NCBI GenBank assembly: GCA_001179505.1
Contig: CDMY01000477.1
Coordinates: 62,001-126,000, forward strand
Origin: Vitrella brassicaformis CCMP3155
Taxonomy: Eukaryota > Protista > Chromerida
DNA: 64,000 bases
Reading direction: 5' to 3'
Position 1 is the first letter of the stretch. Each line of letters begins with the position of its first letter. Both the position numbers and the translations under genes were made by a program. Shown piece by piece: positions 1-13,859 of this stretch. The notes beneath the pieces were generated by a model. It was not told where the DNA came from. It searched no databases and worked only from the letters and a program-made list of their open reading frames with translations.

Positions 1-3000
1 GCGTAGAGCCGCCGTCTCGTAAGGTAGCGGAGGATCGTCGGCAGGCCCTCCTGCATACAACCACACGTAAACACATACACGCACTGCTATGACGAGTGAG
101 TGTGTGGGAGAATGCTTTTCTTCTCTACCTGCGCCAGTCTCCATTTGCACGGTGTGTATTCCTTGAAGTTGGCGTCGACCCGCTCAAAGACGCGTACTCC
201 CAAGTGCACCCACTTGAGCGGCATGCGGCTCTCACACTAAACACATAACACGTTCCCATCAAGCACACCACACCCACAGAAGACGCCTTGTCTGCGTGTG
301 TGAGTGACCTTGAGCAGCTTCGCAACCCCCTCGGTGATCATGTAGAGCTTCTTCTCCGCCCCGGTCCGCCGCGCCAGCTGCTCGCGAGGGAAACACTGGG
401 CGGCGGGCAGCTGTGGCAAAGTGCTGCCCTCGCCTCTACTACCATCGTCGATCTCACCCCCTGTTTTTCTCAGCCCGTAGAAGGACATCACGCTCAGCCA
501 ATCGGGGTCGCTTTCACCGAGCGAGGCGAAATCGTTTGCTACCCCTATGGGCCTCGCTGCTGGTGCCGCTGGCTGGTGTGGCTGTGGCTGCTGGGGATCT
601 TCCTGTTCGTCCTGCTCCTGCTCGTCATCTTGTTCGTTACCGTCATTGGGGGGTAGAGGCTCGTCCGCCACATCCATTGGTGCGGGTGCGGTGGTTGTGG
701 TAGCTGCCTTGCGTTTCTTGATGCCCTGCCTTCTGAGCGCCGACTTGCTGGTGCGCATGTGGGTGGTTTTGACGATGCAGCACACGAAGAACCCACCCGT
801 GTTGTTGTGGTGCGGCAGCACGCGGACTGCATGCTCCAGGCCGAGCGTGGATGCGTCGTCGGGAGGGAAGAGAGACCCGCTGAGTGGAGAAGGAAGGCAT
901 TACAGACAGATGCGGTTTTCGGCCTGTATGCCGACGGAGTTCCCCCTCACCTGTAGTCAGCTCGTTCCTTCTCTGGAATGTCGTCCATCGATGCGAACAG
1001 ACGGCCACATGTGCCATCATCAGCCGTCGCATCATCACCGCCAGATGGACGCTTCTCGGGAACCAGCCTACACCCAGATGCACACATGTGCCATGGTGCG
1101 TGTCTGTCTGTCTGTCTGTCTGTCTGTCAGGCGGCCTGGCCTCACGCTGACCATTTTATGATGCCCTGCTGCAGCCGTAGACCGTTGAGGTGAGGTGGGG
1201 GCACGATCTTGACGCTGTCGCGGTACCTGCTCACCGCATGGGCCACAACAGCCTGCAGACAGAGATGAGAAGAGATGTCCGTCCGACTGTAGTAGATATG
1301 TGGGTGCAAATGCCGTGCATGTATTGGTTGGTATTTATGTGTCAGCTTGCCTCGTCTTCGAGTGGGTTCAGCGAACAGGTCGAGTACACCAACCTGTGCA
1401 GTACAGCACACACACGCCAAACAAGCACAGCGATTCGTCCATCATGTCACGCTGAGAGTGTTGTGCGTGTGAGTGTGCGTACCTGCCCCCCACGTTGAGG
1501 AGCTGCAGAGCTCGAATGAGGATTGACAGCTGCTGAGAGTGAATGCCCAACGAATCACGCAACTTCCACCTGACCAAGACACACAGGCACAGGCACACAC
1601 ACACACACGCATAGCATACGATCCGATCCTCCTTTGCTCATGTCATGTGTAGAGTACGTACGTCCTCCAGATGTCGGCTTTTTTCCTCAGTGTGCCGTCG
1701 CCTGTGCAGGGCACATCGCACAGTATCCTGTCGAATCCTATGGGAGCCCCATCCTCGCCACACACGGCCGGGAAGAACTTGGCTGGACACCCCAGACACA
1801 CAACTCGGTGTCCATTGTATGGGTGGTGTGCAGTGTGTGCAGTGCAGTACCTACCATCGAGGCATGTGACGGCAGTGGCGGGCGAGGGTATTCTCTGCAC
1901 CTGGTGGGCCAGCATCTGGGCACGGTTCGCCTGCATGTCGTTGGCCAACACAAGGCCTGAAACAGAAACCCGTGTGCCACCTGTGCGTCTGTCTGGTCTA
2001 CTGTGTGTCTGTCGACGCACTGCACTGCACTGACCTGTGGGCATCGACAGGCCGGGACCGCCGGTGGCTTTGCCATCTTCCTCTTGTGTCCAGTGCAGCA
2101 TGTCGAGGAGCTCTGTCGTCTTGGACCCGGGGGCGGCGCACATATCGAGCACCCAATGGTGCGATTTGACATCCTGCCAGGCCAGCCAACAAATCACTCA
2201 CAACATGCTCAGAGTGAGTGAAGGCCAGACAGACATGGATGGCTGACCATGAAGAGCGGCGGGATCATGCTGACCGCCTCCTGCCGGGATATCCCACCCT
2301 GCAGACAAACGCACCACTGATCCTTCCACTTGCACCACATCACCCCCACACCTGTCTGTCATTCACCGACCCTGGTGTCCTCCTGGACAAGCAGCTCCTT
2401 GAGCTGTGCATAGTCCTCGTTCTTGCGAATGGCGAGCCTGTCGAGGTTGGGCCACTGCCACGCCAGACGATGTGGAAACCAATCCAGACATACCGGCGGC
2501 TCTGACGACTGCATCATACATCAATCACAACAAACAGCCATCGCACACGCCAATCAATACGTACGTACGGGCAATGTGAATGAATGCAATAGGGACTGTC
2601 TGTCTGCTTAAGTCAGTCACTCACGTGTTTGTCGCTGAAGTGGTCGAATATCGCCCGCACTCCCCGCCACAGAGGGGCGGCACGGTTGACTCGCACAGCA
2701 GCTGCAGTGATGGATGACCTCATCACACACAGAATCAATCGCCAACCTTGCATGTCATTCATCTCGGTTGCTTTGCTTTGCTTCGCATCTCATTGCCCAC
2801 CGCACCGGGCAGGGACTCCTTGAGCTTCTGAAAGAATGAGTCCCACTCCTCGGGTGGCACGATCTGCTGCGCCTGTGTGAAGCACACGCACACCAACCAT
2901 CACCATGAATGAGTGAATGAATGAATGAATGATGCACCGTGTGCTTTTCTCGGTGCATCTGGCAAGGCATCAGTATATAAGCTTGCCTTGTAGTAGTGTG

Positions 3001-3261
3001 CGAAGGCCGCGTTGTTCCTCTGAATCGTCCCCCAATCGGTGCTGCAGACAGAGATCAAAAGAAGACACAGAAGCGTTGGTGAAGATGCACAGCATCGAAT
3101 CCATGGGTTCATCAGGCATTTCGCCTCCTCCCGCCCACTCACTTGACTCGCTGCGGGTCATCTGAAGCCCATCTCTCTGATCCATCACCCTGTTCGCCGC
3201 TTCCTTTGCCTCCTGACCGCCCGCCGCGCCGTCCTCCCAACCCTCTCTTGCGCTTCCCCAT
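1..3261 (-). CDS. NSUN2: tRNA (cytosine-C5)-methyltransferase NSUN2/Trm4, multi-exon, 3' end runs off the window
   Basis: ATG at 3261 (MGKRKRGLGGRRGG). Exons give NNAAFAHYYK, IVPPEEWDSFF, GISRQEAVSMIPPLF, VLDMCAAPGSKT, LANDMQANRAQML and RILCDVPCTGDGTLRK, which are NOL1/NOP2/Sun motifs. Exon at 1-50 (EGLPTILRYL) continues past the edge. Confidence 0.95.
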
Positions 3262-3279
3262 CTCCCTTGGCAACATTCA

Positions 3280-3286
3280 AGCTCGC
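3280..3286. promoter_or_regulatory. AGCTCGC motif in the NSUN2/2OG divergent promoter
   Basis: Recurs in all eight divergent intervals. Confidence 0.6.
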
Positions 3287-3346
3287 ACGAGTCGGATCGT
3301 CACAGATCATCGCGACGGCTTGTCATTGCGCAGGCAGCATCACAAG

Positions 3347-5051
3347 ATGGAGACCAACGAGGGTCAACGGTCAGCAGCCCATGAAATTGCCCTGGAAATG
3401 TTCGCCGGGCAGACAGAGGGGACGGAGACTGAAGGCAGCAGCAGCAGCAGCAGCAGGATACCGGTCATTGATCTGACAGGTCAGTGACGCACACGCACGT
3501 ACTGCAATGGCAGGTCCCTTTTTCTGCACAGGTCCGCCTGAGGTAGTTCGTCGGCAGATATGGGACGCAGCGGCCAACGAGGGCTTCTTCCAGGTCGGAC
3601 ATCCATCAACAACCACTCACTCAGACACGCAAGGGCGTGTTTGTGTTTCTGCACTCCATTGGTTGTCAGGTAGTGGGTCACGGCATCGACTGGGCCCTTA
3701 TCGATGAGCTCTTCGCGATGGCCGAGGCGTTCTTTGATCTGTTCGGTGAGTGACAATGGCTGGCTGGCTGGCATGCACGCAAATGGGTGTGTGAATGCAT
3801 GAGTGTTACGGTGTTGCCTTCCTTCAGATAAGGTGGAGGGTCAGTATGGCTACACGACGTCAGCCAACGCCGGATGGGAGAAGAACTGGCAGCGGATCTG
3901 CAATTCCGTCACTCCCAGCGACCTCAAAGAGTCATTCCAGGTACTCACTCACCGCAATGCACACACGGGCCCTGCACGCCATTAGGTGTGTTGTTGGTTG
4001 TGTGCAGATGACGCACCACACGGATTTTATCGAGGGCAGCCCTCTGTGGCCAAAAGAGCTGCCGCAACTGAAACAACATGCAGCCCGATTCATGCAGGTC
4101 CGTCCGCCACACACACTGATTGGACACACGATTCGTACTAATGCTTTGTGTCTGCAGGAGGCCCATCGCGTGACGTTGGTGATCCTGTCCCACATCGCCG
4201 TCTCTCTTGGCCTGCCGCCGTCCTTCTTCGAGGCCCACCTGGACTGGCGACGGCCTAACCATCAGTCGGGGCCGCGGCTGCATAAGTATCACGATGTGAC
4301 GGACACATACAGGCACTTCCCACCCAACACACACCGGTGAGCAGCCACCCACCTGCACCAGAGGCCATGTGTGGCATGTGCAGCTGTCTGTGTTGTGTAC
4401 ACAGAATCGCCGCCCACACAGATTGGGCATTATTGACGCTGCTGTTTCAACGGGAGGGGCAGGGCGGCCTGCGAGTCAGTTGAATGAGCGGGGCACACAG
4501 CCACAACACATGATGTCATGTGATCTGTTGCTCAATGTCAGGTGTGTCCGGGCATGTCGGTCTTGTCTCAGAGCAACCAGCAGCAGCAGCAGCAGGGCGG
4601 CACGAAGGAGCTGCAGTGGATCGGTGTGGAGCCAATGCGAGACGCCATCTGTGTCAACATCGGCGACAGCCTCAAGGGGTGGTCCGACGACCAGCTGCAG
4701 AGCACCTTCCACCGAGTGCGGCTGCCCAGAGAGGGCGAATGCACCGGGTAAGTGAGTCACAATGGCTGGCTGAGGTCTCATGTTGTGAATTGTGTTGTGC
4801 TGTCTGTGTGGTGGGCTGCTTAAGCAGGCCTCGTTATTCGATGGTGTATTTCGCGCAGGCCAACAAGGACAGCATCATCCAGGGGCCGAACAGAACATAC
4901 CCACCCATCAGTGAGCTGACCAACACACAGGGAACCAACGGTACGTAGAGAAAAGGGCGATGGAATGGCCGTGTGTGTGGTTTGTGCAGGTGCCGGTGAC
5001 TTCATTTGGCAACGGATCAAGAGCACATTTCCTGACAGAGACGCCAGCTGA
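3347..5051 (+). CDS. 2-oxoglutarate/Fe(II) dioxygenase (DIOX_N + 2OG-FeII_Oxy, IPNS/flavonol-synthase-like)
   Basis: IPVIDL, AANEGFFQVVGHGI, IAAHTDWALLTLLFQ (HxD), ICVNIGDSLKGWSDDQLQSTFHRV (distal His), RYSMVYF; TGA at 5049-5051. Confidence 0.92.
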
Positions 5052-5234
5052 CAGACAGGTGGACACGTGAGGGCTGTGTAGGTGGCCGCCCAGACGCATG
5101 TGTGTTGGCGATGATGAGACGTTTAGTGTGTGGAACGGAAGGAAGTGCTTGGTGCATGAGGTCCGCAAAGACCTCAAATGCTCCCTACTTCATTTGAACG
5201 CTTATCGAGATCCATGCATGCATGTATCTATGAA

Positions 5235-6564
5235 TCATGTTCCGGTCCTTCCCGCCCCCCCTCCTCCTCCTGCTCCCCCTCCCCTCCGCTGTTGCGGCAC
5301 CCCTGAGTCCCTCCCCTCTAGTGCACTCGCTCGGCTAGACGATGCTGATGCTGCAGGCTGTCCCCTACTGGTGGTGGTGCCCTCGCGTACGCCCTCCAGT
5401 GCGGTGCTGAGGAAGCGCGACTCGTACCCTCGCTGGCCGCCCTCGCCCGACTGGTTGGCACCCTGCGACCCCGGCTGCAACTCCTGCAGTGCCTCGGGGT
5501 CTGAACAGCGGAATGCAATATGCAGCCAGCACGCACCACAATCAATCAATCAAGCGATCGGCCCCGCAGTACTCACCGATTCCCTGCTGCATCTTGGGGA
5601 GTATGAAGAGGAGCCCGAATGAGACGAGGCCCATGAGCACCATGGGGTTCTTGAACAAGACAAATATGTTGAACTCCTCACGCTTCTGCACACAGGCAGA
5701 GAAACAGCTGAGTGAGTGTGTTGTTGGTGTGTCCTTCCGGCCCTGCCCTGCCCCCCGCCCCACCTGGAAGTATTTGACTTCAGCGTGTGATGCGAGGCCT
5801 AACGGGTACTTGAGCTTCTTGCCCTTGCCTGCTCCACAGACATGGAATCCATATGGGGTATGCATGTGGATGGAGGCCCCGCCTGTGTGTGTGTGTGTGT
5901 GTGTGTGTACCGTGTTCGAATGAGAGGAGGAAGGCACTGACGGTGGCTTCACCCTGACGCCCACCAGCACTCACCTCCACCAACACCTGCACACCACACA
6001 CCCATGCAATCACAGCCAGGACAGACAGACATGCAGCTGTGCGGATGCATGCCTTTGGCTGTGCGCGCGCCGACTGACCGGGTCATACTGGAGGAAGGGG
6101 TGATTGACCTCCAACAGATAGGACCCGATGGGCAGCGATGGACTGCACTCAACTCGTTACACACACGTGCCAGGGGCGTCCATCTCTCTGTCTGTGTGTG
6201 TGTCTGTCTGTGTGTGTGTGCAGTGTATGTGGTTACATTTCGAATGATCCATCTGCATTTGGGAATGCGGAGAAGGCGCCGCCGTTCAGGAGGATGCGTA
6301 CGCGAGATAGGCCATCTGCGCAACGAAGACCGCCACACCGAAACATCTGACAAGAGGGAGGGTGTATTGTCTGTTTCTCTCTGCTTGCCTCACCTTGTGG
6401 GCTGACGGACCCCGTCAGCGTAACCTCGTCATCGGCAGATCTGTGCGGCCGCACATAGCACATTTCACGTCTGATCCCCAGCGGGATGTTTCCTTCACGT
6501 CTTACCCAAGATTGAGTATGCTCAGGCAGGCAACCACAGTCACACTGATGCGAAAGAAACGCAT
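5235..6564 (-). CDS. EMC7: ER membrane protein complex subunit 7 (DUF2012)
   Basis: Signal peptide MRFFRISVTVVACLSILNLG; RILLNGGAFSAFPNADGSF, GSYLLEVNHPFLQYDP, LKYPLGL, FNIFVLFKNPMVLMGLVSFGLLFILPKMQ, DPEALQELQ. Confidence 0.9.
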
Positions 6565-6588
6565 TTTCTCTGTTGGTCATACGAGCTC

Positions 6589-6595
6589 AGCTCGC
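6589..6595. promoter_or_regulatory. AGCTCGC motif in the EMC7/BK divergent promoter
   Basis: Recurs in all eight divergent intervals. Confidence 0.6.
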
Positions 6596-6785
6596 AAACA
6601 CGGGGGGCCGCCCCCATCCCAAGACCAGTCTCAACCGTGAGAAGGGCTTGTGGCGCTTGCAGGACCAAACAACAACGTTCCGTGCTTGTTGCGGTGTTAT
6701 GTGTATGCGTCAGGTGGGGCTGCAAGTGGAACTACGGCTTCTGGCTGAGCGTGTATCGCTTCGCGGGGCCATTGACTGATGCGTC

Positions 6786-9700
6786 ATGCTTGTGCTGGAC
6801 GGTCCCATATCGCTGTTCGAAGGCAGCGGCTACGCTCGGTATCTGACGGGCGCCCCCCGTGGCGAATCTGGGTGGAAGATCTCGTTTCGAGCCCGCGTGG
6901 AGAGGTACATCGTGAGCAGCAATGTGGACCATGCGCTGGACTTCCTTAGCGTCTTCTGCACCGTCCTCAGCTGCGTGCTGTACGTCATATCCACCTACTA
7001 CCGCAGCAGCGTCATCCTGCCGTTCATCTACGTGGAGGTTGTCTTGGGAGTGCTTCTGCTGGCCGACTTTCTGCTGTTCCTGTACCTGGCTGAGAACCGG
7101 ATCAAGTACGTGCTGATGCCCAACACGGTGGTCAACCTGATCACCATCATCCCCCTGTTCGTGACGGGCCGGCTCACCCTGGATGGCTTCGTCATCAGCC
7201 GAGACAGCTGGGTGACCCGGCTGCTGCGGGTGCTGCGCATCTACATGCTCAATCGCATCCACCACCGCATTGCCGCCACCACCTACAGCAGCGTCACTCG
7301 TCAGGTGCTCAAGGTGGCGTGGAAGGGCCTCGTGATGCTCTGCATCTCGTCGGGGGTCATGGAGATAGCCGAGAACCGCGGCGCTGACGAGGTCTGCCAC
7401 ACCACTGATGGCCAGGGCCTGGGGAGCATGTTCGTGGGGAGCAATGGCACGGCGGTGGCTGTGACATCAACGACGGGCGGTGACGGCTGCCGGCCGCGGC
7501 TGGACTTTCACGATTTCTTCTACCTGGTGATATGCACTGTGTCGACAGTGGGTTACGGTGACTTGGCACCATCAACGGACTTGGGGAGGATGCTGATGGT
7601 GCTGCTCATCACGGTGGACCTGGTGGTTCTCACGATCGAGACCAAAGAGCTCATCCGACTGCTGCGGGGCACCAACAAATTCCAACGGAGAGTCTATATT
7701 CCCAAGAAGCACATGTGAGTATGTCTGGATGCATGTCTCCTCTGCATACGCACACACAGTATTTTACTCACTCGCTTCCACATCCCATCACCTCCCCCTG
7801 AATGGCTGGCTGCTGTGTCGTGTTGTGTCTGTCGTGTCTTTCAATGCCCATTGACGTGCAGACGTCACGTGCTGCTGTGCGGTGCGGTGCATGCCAACGC
7901 CTGCAGGGCCTTCTTGACGGAGTTCTACCGGTCTGCCGACATCTACACGGGGCAGCACCCCACGGCCCCTACAGCTGGGCTGATGGGCGGCCCACAGGAT
8001 CGTGCGCCGGATGTGCCTTCTGAGGTGGTGCTGCTGAGGGGAGGCATTCCCGATGCTGCACTCGACAAGCTGCTCAGAAGCGTCAACTTCTCGGGCAGAA
8101 CGGAATTCCTCTCTGGCCACGTCCACAGCGACACACACCTCCACAGAGCTGCCGCAGTACGGGTGAGTGAGTATCCATCAGGCAGACAAGCGACCATCTG
8201 AGATGCACAGGCCGGGGAAGAAAGACCTGGGATCACTATCTCATCTCTTTTGTCCTTGCCTTTCCTGGCTGTAGGCTCTCGGGGCGTATTTCATCTCGGA
8301 TCGTCTGTCGGCAGCGCCGGTGCATGAGGACCGGCAGACCATCCTGGCAGTGCTGGCCCTCAAGATATTTGTCATCAAACGGACCACAACCATCGGTGCT
8401 CAGAGTCTGCCTGCGGGCTTGGCTATGTCACTGACCATGGGTCTGCCCCCGCCGCCGCCAATGCCGGCTCGCTTCCCTGTGTACGCCCAGCTGGTGCTGC
8501 CCGAGAGCAAGGCACTCTACTACAAACACATCCCCGACACCGACAATGACCTCATCATCTGTATGGCCAGTCCGCACACACACAGACAGACACACAACAC
8601 ATGTCTACCTCGAACATTCTAGCCACTCACTGCACTCATTGTGGGTGTGTGTCCCCTTCCATGTCGTGTCCTGTACTGCCCTGCCCCCATTGATGGATGC
8701 GATCATATGATTGGCAGGCACGGATGAGTTGAAGCTGACCCTCCTGGGCCGTAGCTGCCACTGTCCTGGGATATCGACCCTCCTGCTGAATCTGTTCATC
8801 TCCAAAGTCGACCTCACACTCACCGCCCGCGAGCGGAAGCGCCGTCAGTTCGAGCGGTCGTCGTTGCACACCCTCTCCTTCCTGGCCATGGATGCCTCCA
8901 TCGGACCACACACAACCAGCCCAAACGCCACAGAGGAACATTTCCTCGGGGGCGGCATGGGGCATGGCGTCGCCTTCGAGACGTTCAGGCGGCGGACGGT
9001 CCCGGTGCTCTTCACCTGGCAGGATGAATACAGACATGGACAGCAAATGGAGGTCTTCAGGTCAGTCAGGCCAACGCACAGTCAGCCAGACATGGACTGA
9101 CTGATTGGAAGAGAGAGTGGGGGGAGGGAGGGAAGATAATGTGAGACTTACGCACGGCTGCAGATGAATCAAGGGGGGATTCATTGGTGTGTGCGTCTGA
9201 GTGTGCGTCTGTGTGTGTAGGGTGTCGTTGTCGACGGGTTTCGGCGGCATGTCGTTTGCTGAGGTGGCCAAGCTGTGTCACCAGAGTTACGGGTGCCTCG
9301 TTATCGCACTTGAAGTCTCGGTCAGACATGACACGACTACACACACAAGACCCACCCAACTCGATGCTTGCAGGCTGCAGACCTGGTGGTGGTGTTGATC
9401 AACCCCAGCTCATACGTGCTGCCGCGGTTCTTCGACTTTTCTGAGTTTTTCTGTTTCGTCATCGCCAGCAGCAAGGAGGTGGCGTTGAAGGTGGCGTCCT
9501 TCAACAGCAGCACACACGTGGCCCCCTTGGTGGCCCCCGGCATATTCCAACGAGGCACCAGCACCGCCACCATGAGGCGCAAAGACACATCTGAACGGAA
9601 CCTCATGATTGTAAGTAAGTAAGTAAGATAATGCCACCCTTCCTTCAAGTCAGCCAGACACCACACACCCCGTCCAGTCCAGTCCCGCATGGATCCATCC

Positions 9701-12700
9701 ATACATCGATCCATGGCCCCTTGTGTCTCTCTCGGTGTGTCGCGCCCTCCCTGTCTGTACTGCACACGGATGGACGGATGGATGGATGGACGGATTGATT
9801 GCTCTATACATACAGGACTCCAGCCGTCAGTTGGGCAGCCAGTCGCTGCAGTCCAGCCGTTGTGCGACCAAGGTGCTGCAGCGCGTGCAGCAGAAGCTCC
9901 AGAAGACCCGCAGCGACATGTCGGTTAACAAGTCAGCCTCACTCGGCCCTGAGATGCTCCGGGGAGTCAGCGCAGGGGACCTCGAACAAGACGCATCATC
10001 ACGTACGTACCTACTCTCTGTGGATCGGTGTGTACGTGTACGTCAACCCGATGTTTGTGTGGATGTGTGGATGTATGTGTGCATCATATCATCCCCTGCA
10101 GAGAGCAGCACGGACAGTGAGGTAATGGGTTCCTGCATGCGGCCGCGGGCGATCGCTCCACACCTGCTTGCGACACCCAGAACGTCTGCCGACGCCGAGC
10201 TGAGACACGGGGTGCCCGAGTCGTTCAGAAATTTCATCCTCGTTGTCGGCTATACACCACAGGTGGGTGGGTGGTAGGTATACACACACACGGTTTGACG
10301 GGACGCTGCTGTTGCATCCACCCACCCACCCATCGGTCTGTCTGTCATGGGTGTGCATTGCATGGGTGTGTCAGATTCGGTGTTTGGTGCAGGCCTTAAG
10401 TCTGCGTTATTCGTCTCAGCAGGAGCAGATAGTGCTGCTCAACGAAACACCCATCCCGCCAGACGTCTGGGACACTATTGCGCACTACCAGAACGTCTGG
10501 TTCGTGCAGGTAGGTGGTACTTACCTTACTCAACGAAAACGACAGCCGTTGGTGATGTGTGCTGGTTGTGGCTTGTTTGGTCCGCAGGGTTCCGGCATCA
10601 GTCCGTACGATCTTAAGTACCGGTAGGTGCGCCGCGCCGTGGGGCAGACAGGCAGGCAGACCAACACTTGTTTCATTGTCGACTGAGTGAGTGATATGTG
10701 TGGTGCGCTATGGTCGGATGGATGGCTGGATATCATTTCGTCGCCTGCCGCCCCACAGGCTCAAGATCAAGCAGGGTGGGTGAGTGAGCCAGTGAGCCTA
10801 GCCTTACCTACCCACCAAATTGCGTGGCGTGAGGCCCAGGCCTTTGTATGCTGTCTGTGCGCAATGAGTGGAATGTTGGTGTGGTGTGGCAGCCTCTAAA
10901 GTGATCCTATTGGCCCGTGGTGCTCTTGGTGAGGGCGTCGAGGAGCTGTACGACCTCGATGTCATCTTCAGCTACAACGCTATCACTAACGCGTAAGTGA
11001 CTAGTGACACAGACAGAAGGGGGGTGGGGTCTGTCTGTCTGTCGCACAATCACACACAGCCGGACGCAAGAGGAAGCGTGGGTGGGTGTTTATGTATGTA
11101 AGTCGGGTGGCTGCGTATGGTATGGTGTGCCGTCCGTGCACTGCCTGCAGGATGGAGATGGATCGGTGGAAGAAGCTCATCTTGGTGGACATAGTGAATG
11201 CAGCGACCATCAACTTCTTCACCCCTAACAAGACCAGCTTCTTTTCCAACGACAGTCTCAGTTGGGTCCAGAGCATCCCGTACGCCAGTGGCCAGGTGGT
11301 GCTCGAGACCGTCTTCGACAACATACTCGCCAAGGTGTCATACGAACCGTCACTGCTCTGCCTGCTCGAGCAGCTTGTCGGACTCGCTACACCCACCGGC
11401 AAGCGAATCAAAACCGTAAGTGAGTGGGCTGACTGGACTGGCTGCCAAGACAGACACGTGAATAGATTTGGTAATTCATCCCGACATGTTTGCTTTGAAG
11501 GAGGTCGCGACGCACTCTGATGACTTGGCCGTCAAGGGTCAGCTGTCCATTGCTCTGGGTGTTGCTCTGAGTCCGACCAGGGCCAACGAGGGCGCTGGCG
11601 CCAGCACTGTGTCCACCATGAGGGTAGAGGACAAGGAGGCCTACTTGGACGACATCGAGAGGGAGCTGGCGAGCATCGGTCTGTACAGCTGCCACATGTA
11701 CCTCAGGCCCATCACTAACCTCATGCACACCGCAGAGTCCAAGAGAAGACGGGTGCGTTAGTGGGGCGGTCGGTGGGGGCTGACACGACCTGGTCCATAC
11801 GCCCACATGCTATGCTGACTGACATGCCTGCCATGCGTGTGGGTGTCTGTCTGTCTACTGGCATATGCTTACTTTAGGGTCGTCCGTCGGTCCGTTTGGT
11901 GTCGTATGGTGAGGTGTTTGATGACCTAATCGACAAGGGAATGCTCAGCGTCGGGCTCTACAGGCTGTCCAAATTCAAGTCAGTCAGCGAGAGACATACC
12001 GATCGACCATCAGAGTGGCGTCTCAGAGTGCTGGTGTGTCGACAGGGACCATCCATCTTTGCCCGACAAACATCCGTACGTGTTGACCAATCCGTCCCGG
12101 GATCTGCTGGTCGACCCGTCTACAGATTTTGTTTACATCCTGGCGCAGCAGCAGGAAGGCAGCCTCGGTGGACAACCCGACACGGCCACGTACGTATTGC
12201 AAATACAAATGTATATTATATGGTGATTGACCAGCAGGCCGGCCAGGCGACCAGCTGGCTCAGCTCATGTGTGTGTCTTGTCTTGTGTGCATGTATGGCT
12301 GCAGGCACAAGAGCAAGGCAGCCCCGAGAAAGAGTACTGTGCCCGAGAAGCTGCTGAGTTCCTTCGTACAGAGTGTGGCGGCCAGCCCCACCCAGTCCGT
12401 CACCACCTACCGCACCAAAACCCTCGAGAGCATGGCGTCGATGCACGATATGGGGAGGCAGTCGCTGGCGCACCCCCCTCGACCATCAGTGTTGCCGGTG
12501 CGTGAGGAGCGGGTGCTGTCGGATGAGTCCATCCCCTCACCCTCACCACAGGCCGCCGGCTACTTCAATCCTATGGCTCTCTTCAAGGACAGAGCGGCAG
12601 CTACTCTGACGCCACCAGGTGCGGACCGGGTGGGTGGGTGGGTGGGTGACAGCCAGCCAGCCAGGCAGATCCAAACCTTCGATTTGTCGGTCACTGTGTA

Positions 12701-13313
12701 TGGTATGGGTGGATCAATCTTCCTTGACAGAGCCTATGCGTACGTCCTGGCGTAGTGACGAGAGCCCCATGTCTCCGCAGGGTGGCGTGTTTGCCCCTGA
12801 CCAACTGTCTCACTACTTCCAGGCCGTCGACGAGTCGCCCATGTCCCCCGAGCCGACAGGAAGGCTGGCCAACATGGCAGCCGTTGCGAGGGCGGCAAGG
12901 GCCAGCCAGTTGACGGCAGCGAGGGCCAGCCAGCTGACTGTGCCACACATGCACCCGCGGCTGGCTAGCATCCAGCCTCTCTTCGACACATTTGAGATTG
13001 CCGGTCTGGCTGATGCATCGATACTCTCACCCTCACTCGGGGAGCCGAGGAGGCTCTTGGCGCCGCCAACACAACACCAACCGTAAGAAACAAACAAGAA
13101 GAGAACCAAGTTTGATTGACACTGTCACAGTTCACCCTGACACACATGCACGGAATTTCTCATGTCGTGCATGTCTGCATGTGCGTGTTCCCCCCCCGCA
13201 GGTCGTTGGATATGGGCGACGTCATCTCATCTCCACTTTCGAGAGTGGAGGAGGGACGACTCGTCAACGAGATACAAAGCGTGCCGAGTGAGCGAGACAC
13301 GGCTGCACGATAA
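6786..13313 (+). CDS. Ca2+-activated (BK/Slo-like) potassium channel with tandem RCK domains and a long C-terminal tail
   Basis: S1-S6 in exon 1 (S4 TRLLRVLRIYMLNR, pore DFFYLVICTVSTVGYGDLAP). RCK1: RHVLLCG, EVVLL, FLSGHVHSDTHLHRA, DELKLTLLGRSCHCPGISTLLLNLF. RCK2: NFILVVG, IVLLN, VWFVQGSG, YASGQV. Stop TAA 13311-13313. Confidence 0.9.
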
Positions 13314-13859
13314 GTGGATGGACGGATGGATGGATGGAGGGATGGAGGGATGTCAGCAATCCACAGATGCGTGGGGTGTGCGTTGGTTGGGTGCAGGTGT
13401 GGCCCCTCGTGCAGTGTCGCAACGGCTAAGAGAAGAGTTGAGGAGCTTGGCGCTACGATAGCGTGGCGTGGCGGGCTGCAAGGACGGAGGCATGATGTCT
13501 GTCAGAAGTCCCATACATCTGTAGGGGGGTGTGTTGTGTGTCGGGTCCAGTCAGCGTAGCAGACAGACAGACAGGCAGGCTGTGTGCCCTCAGTCACTGT
13601 CCATGTCGAGATAGCCAGGCAGCGATTAGGATGTGCAAACAAGCATTACGCCGTACGTCACGTCATCAATCACAGGTCTGTCTTCCATTAATGAATTGAC
13701 TCACTCACCGGTGGATTGATATTGAGCCTTTGGAAGGCCAAAACAAATCAACTAACACACGTACAGCAAGCTGAGCTATCTATGCATTCAGTGATTGCCT
13801 CAGTCAGCCAGTCCGTCAGTCAGTGACAGGCCACACCCATGCACCACACCACCAGAAGA

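Noticed and set aside
6732-7400. 222-aa antisense ORF over BK exon 1
   Set aside because: Shadow ORF caused by GC3-biased codons on the opposite strand; no independent motifs.
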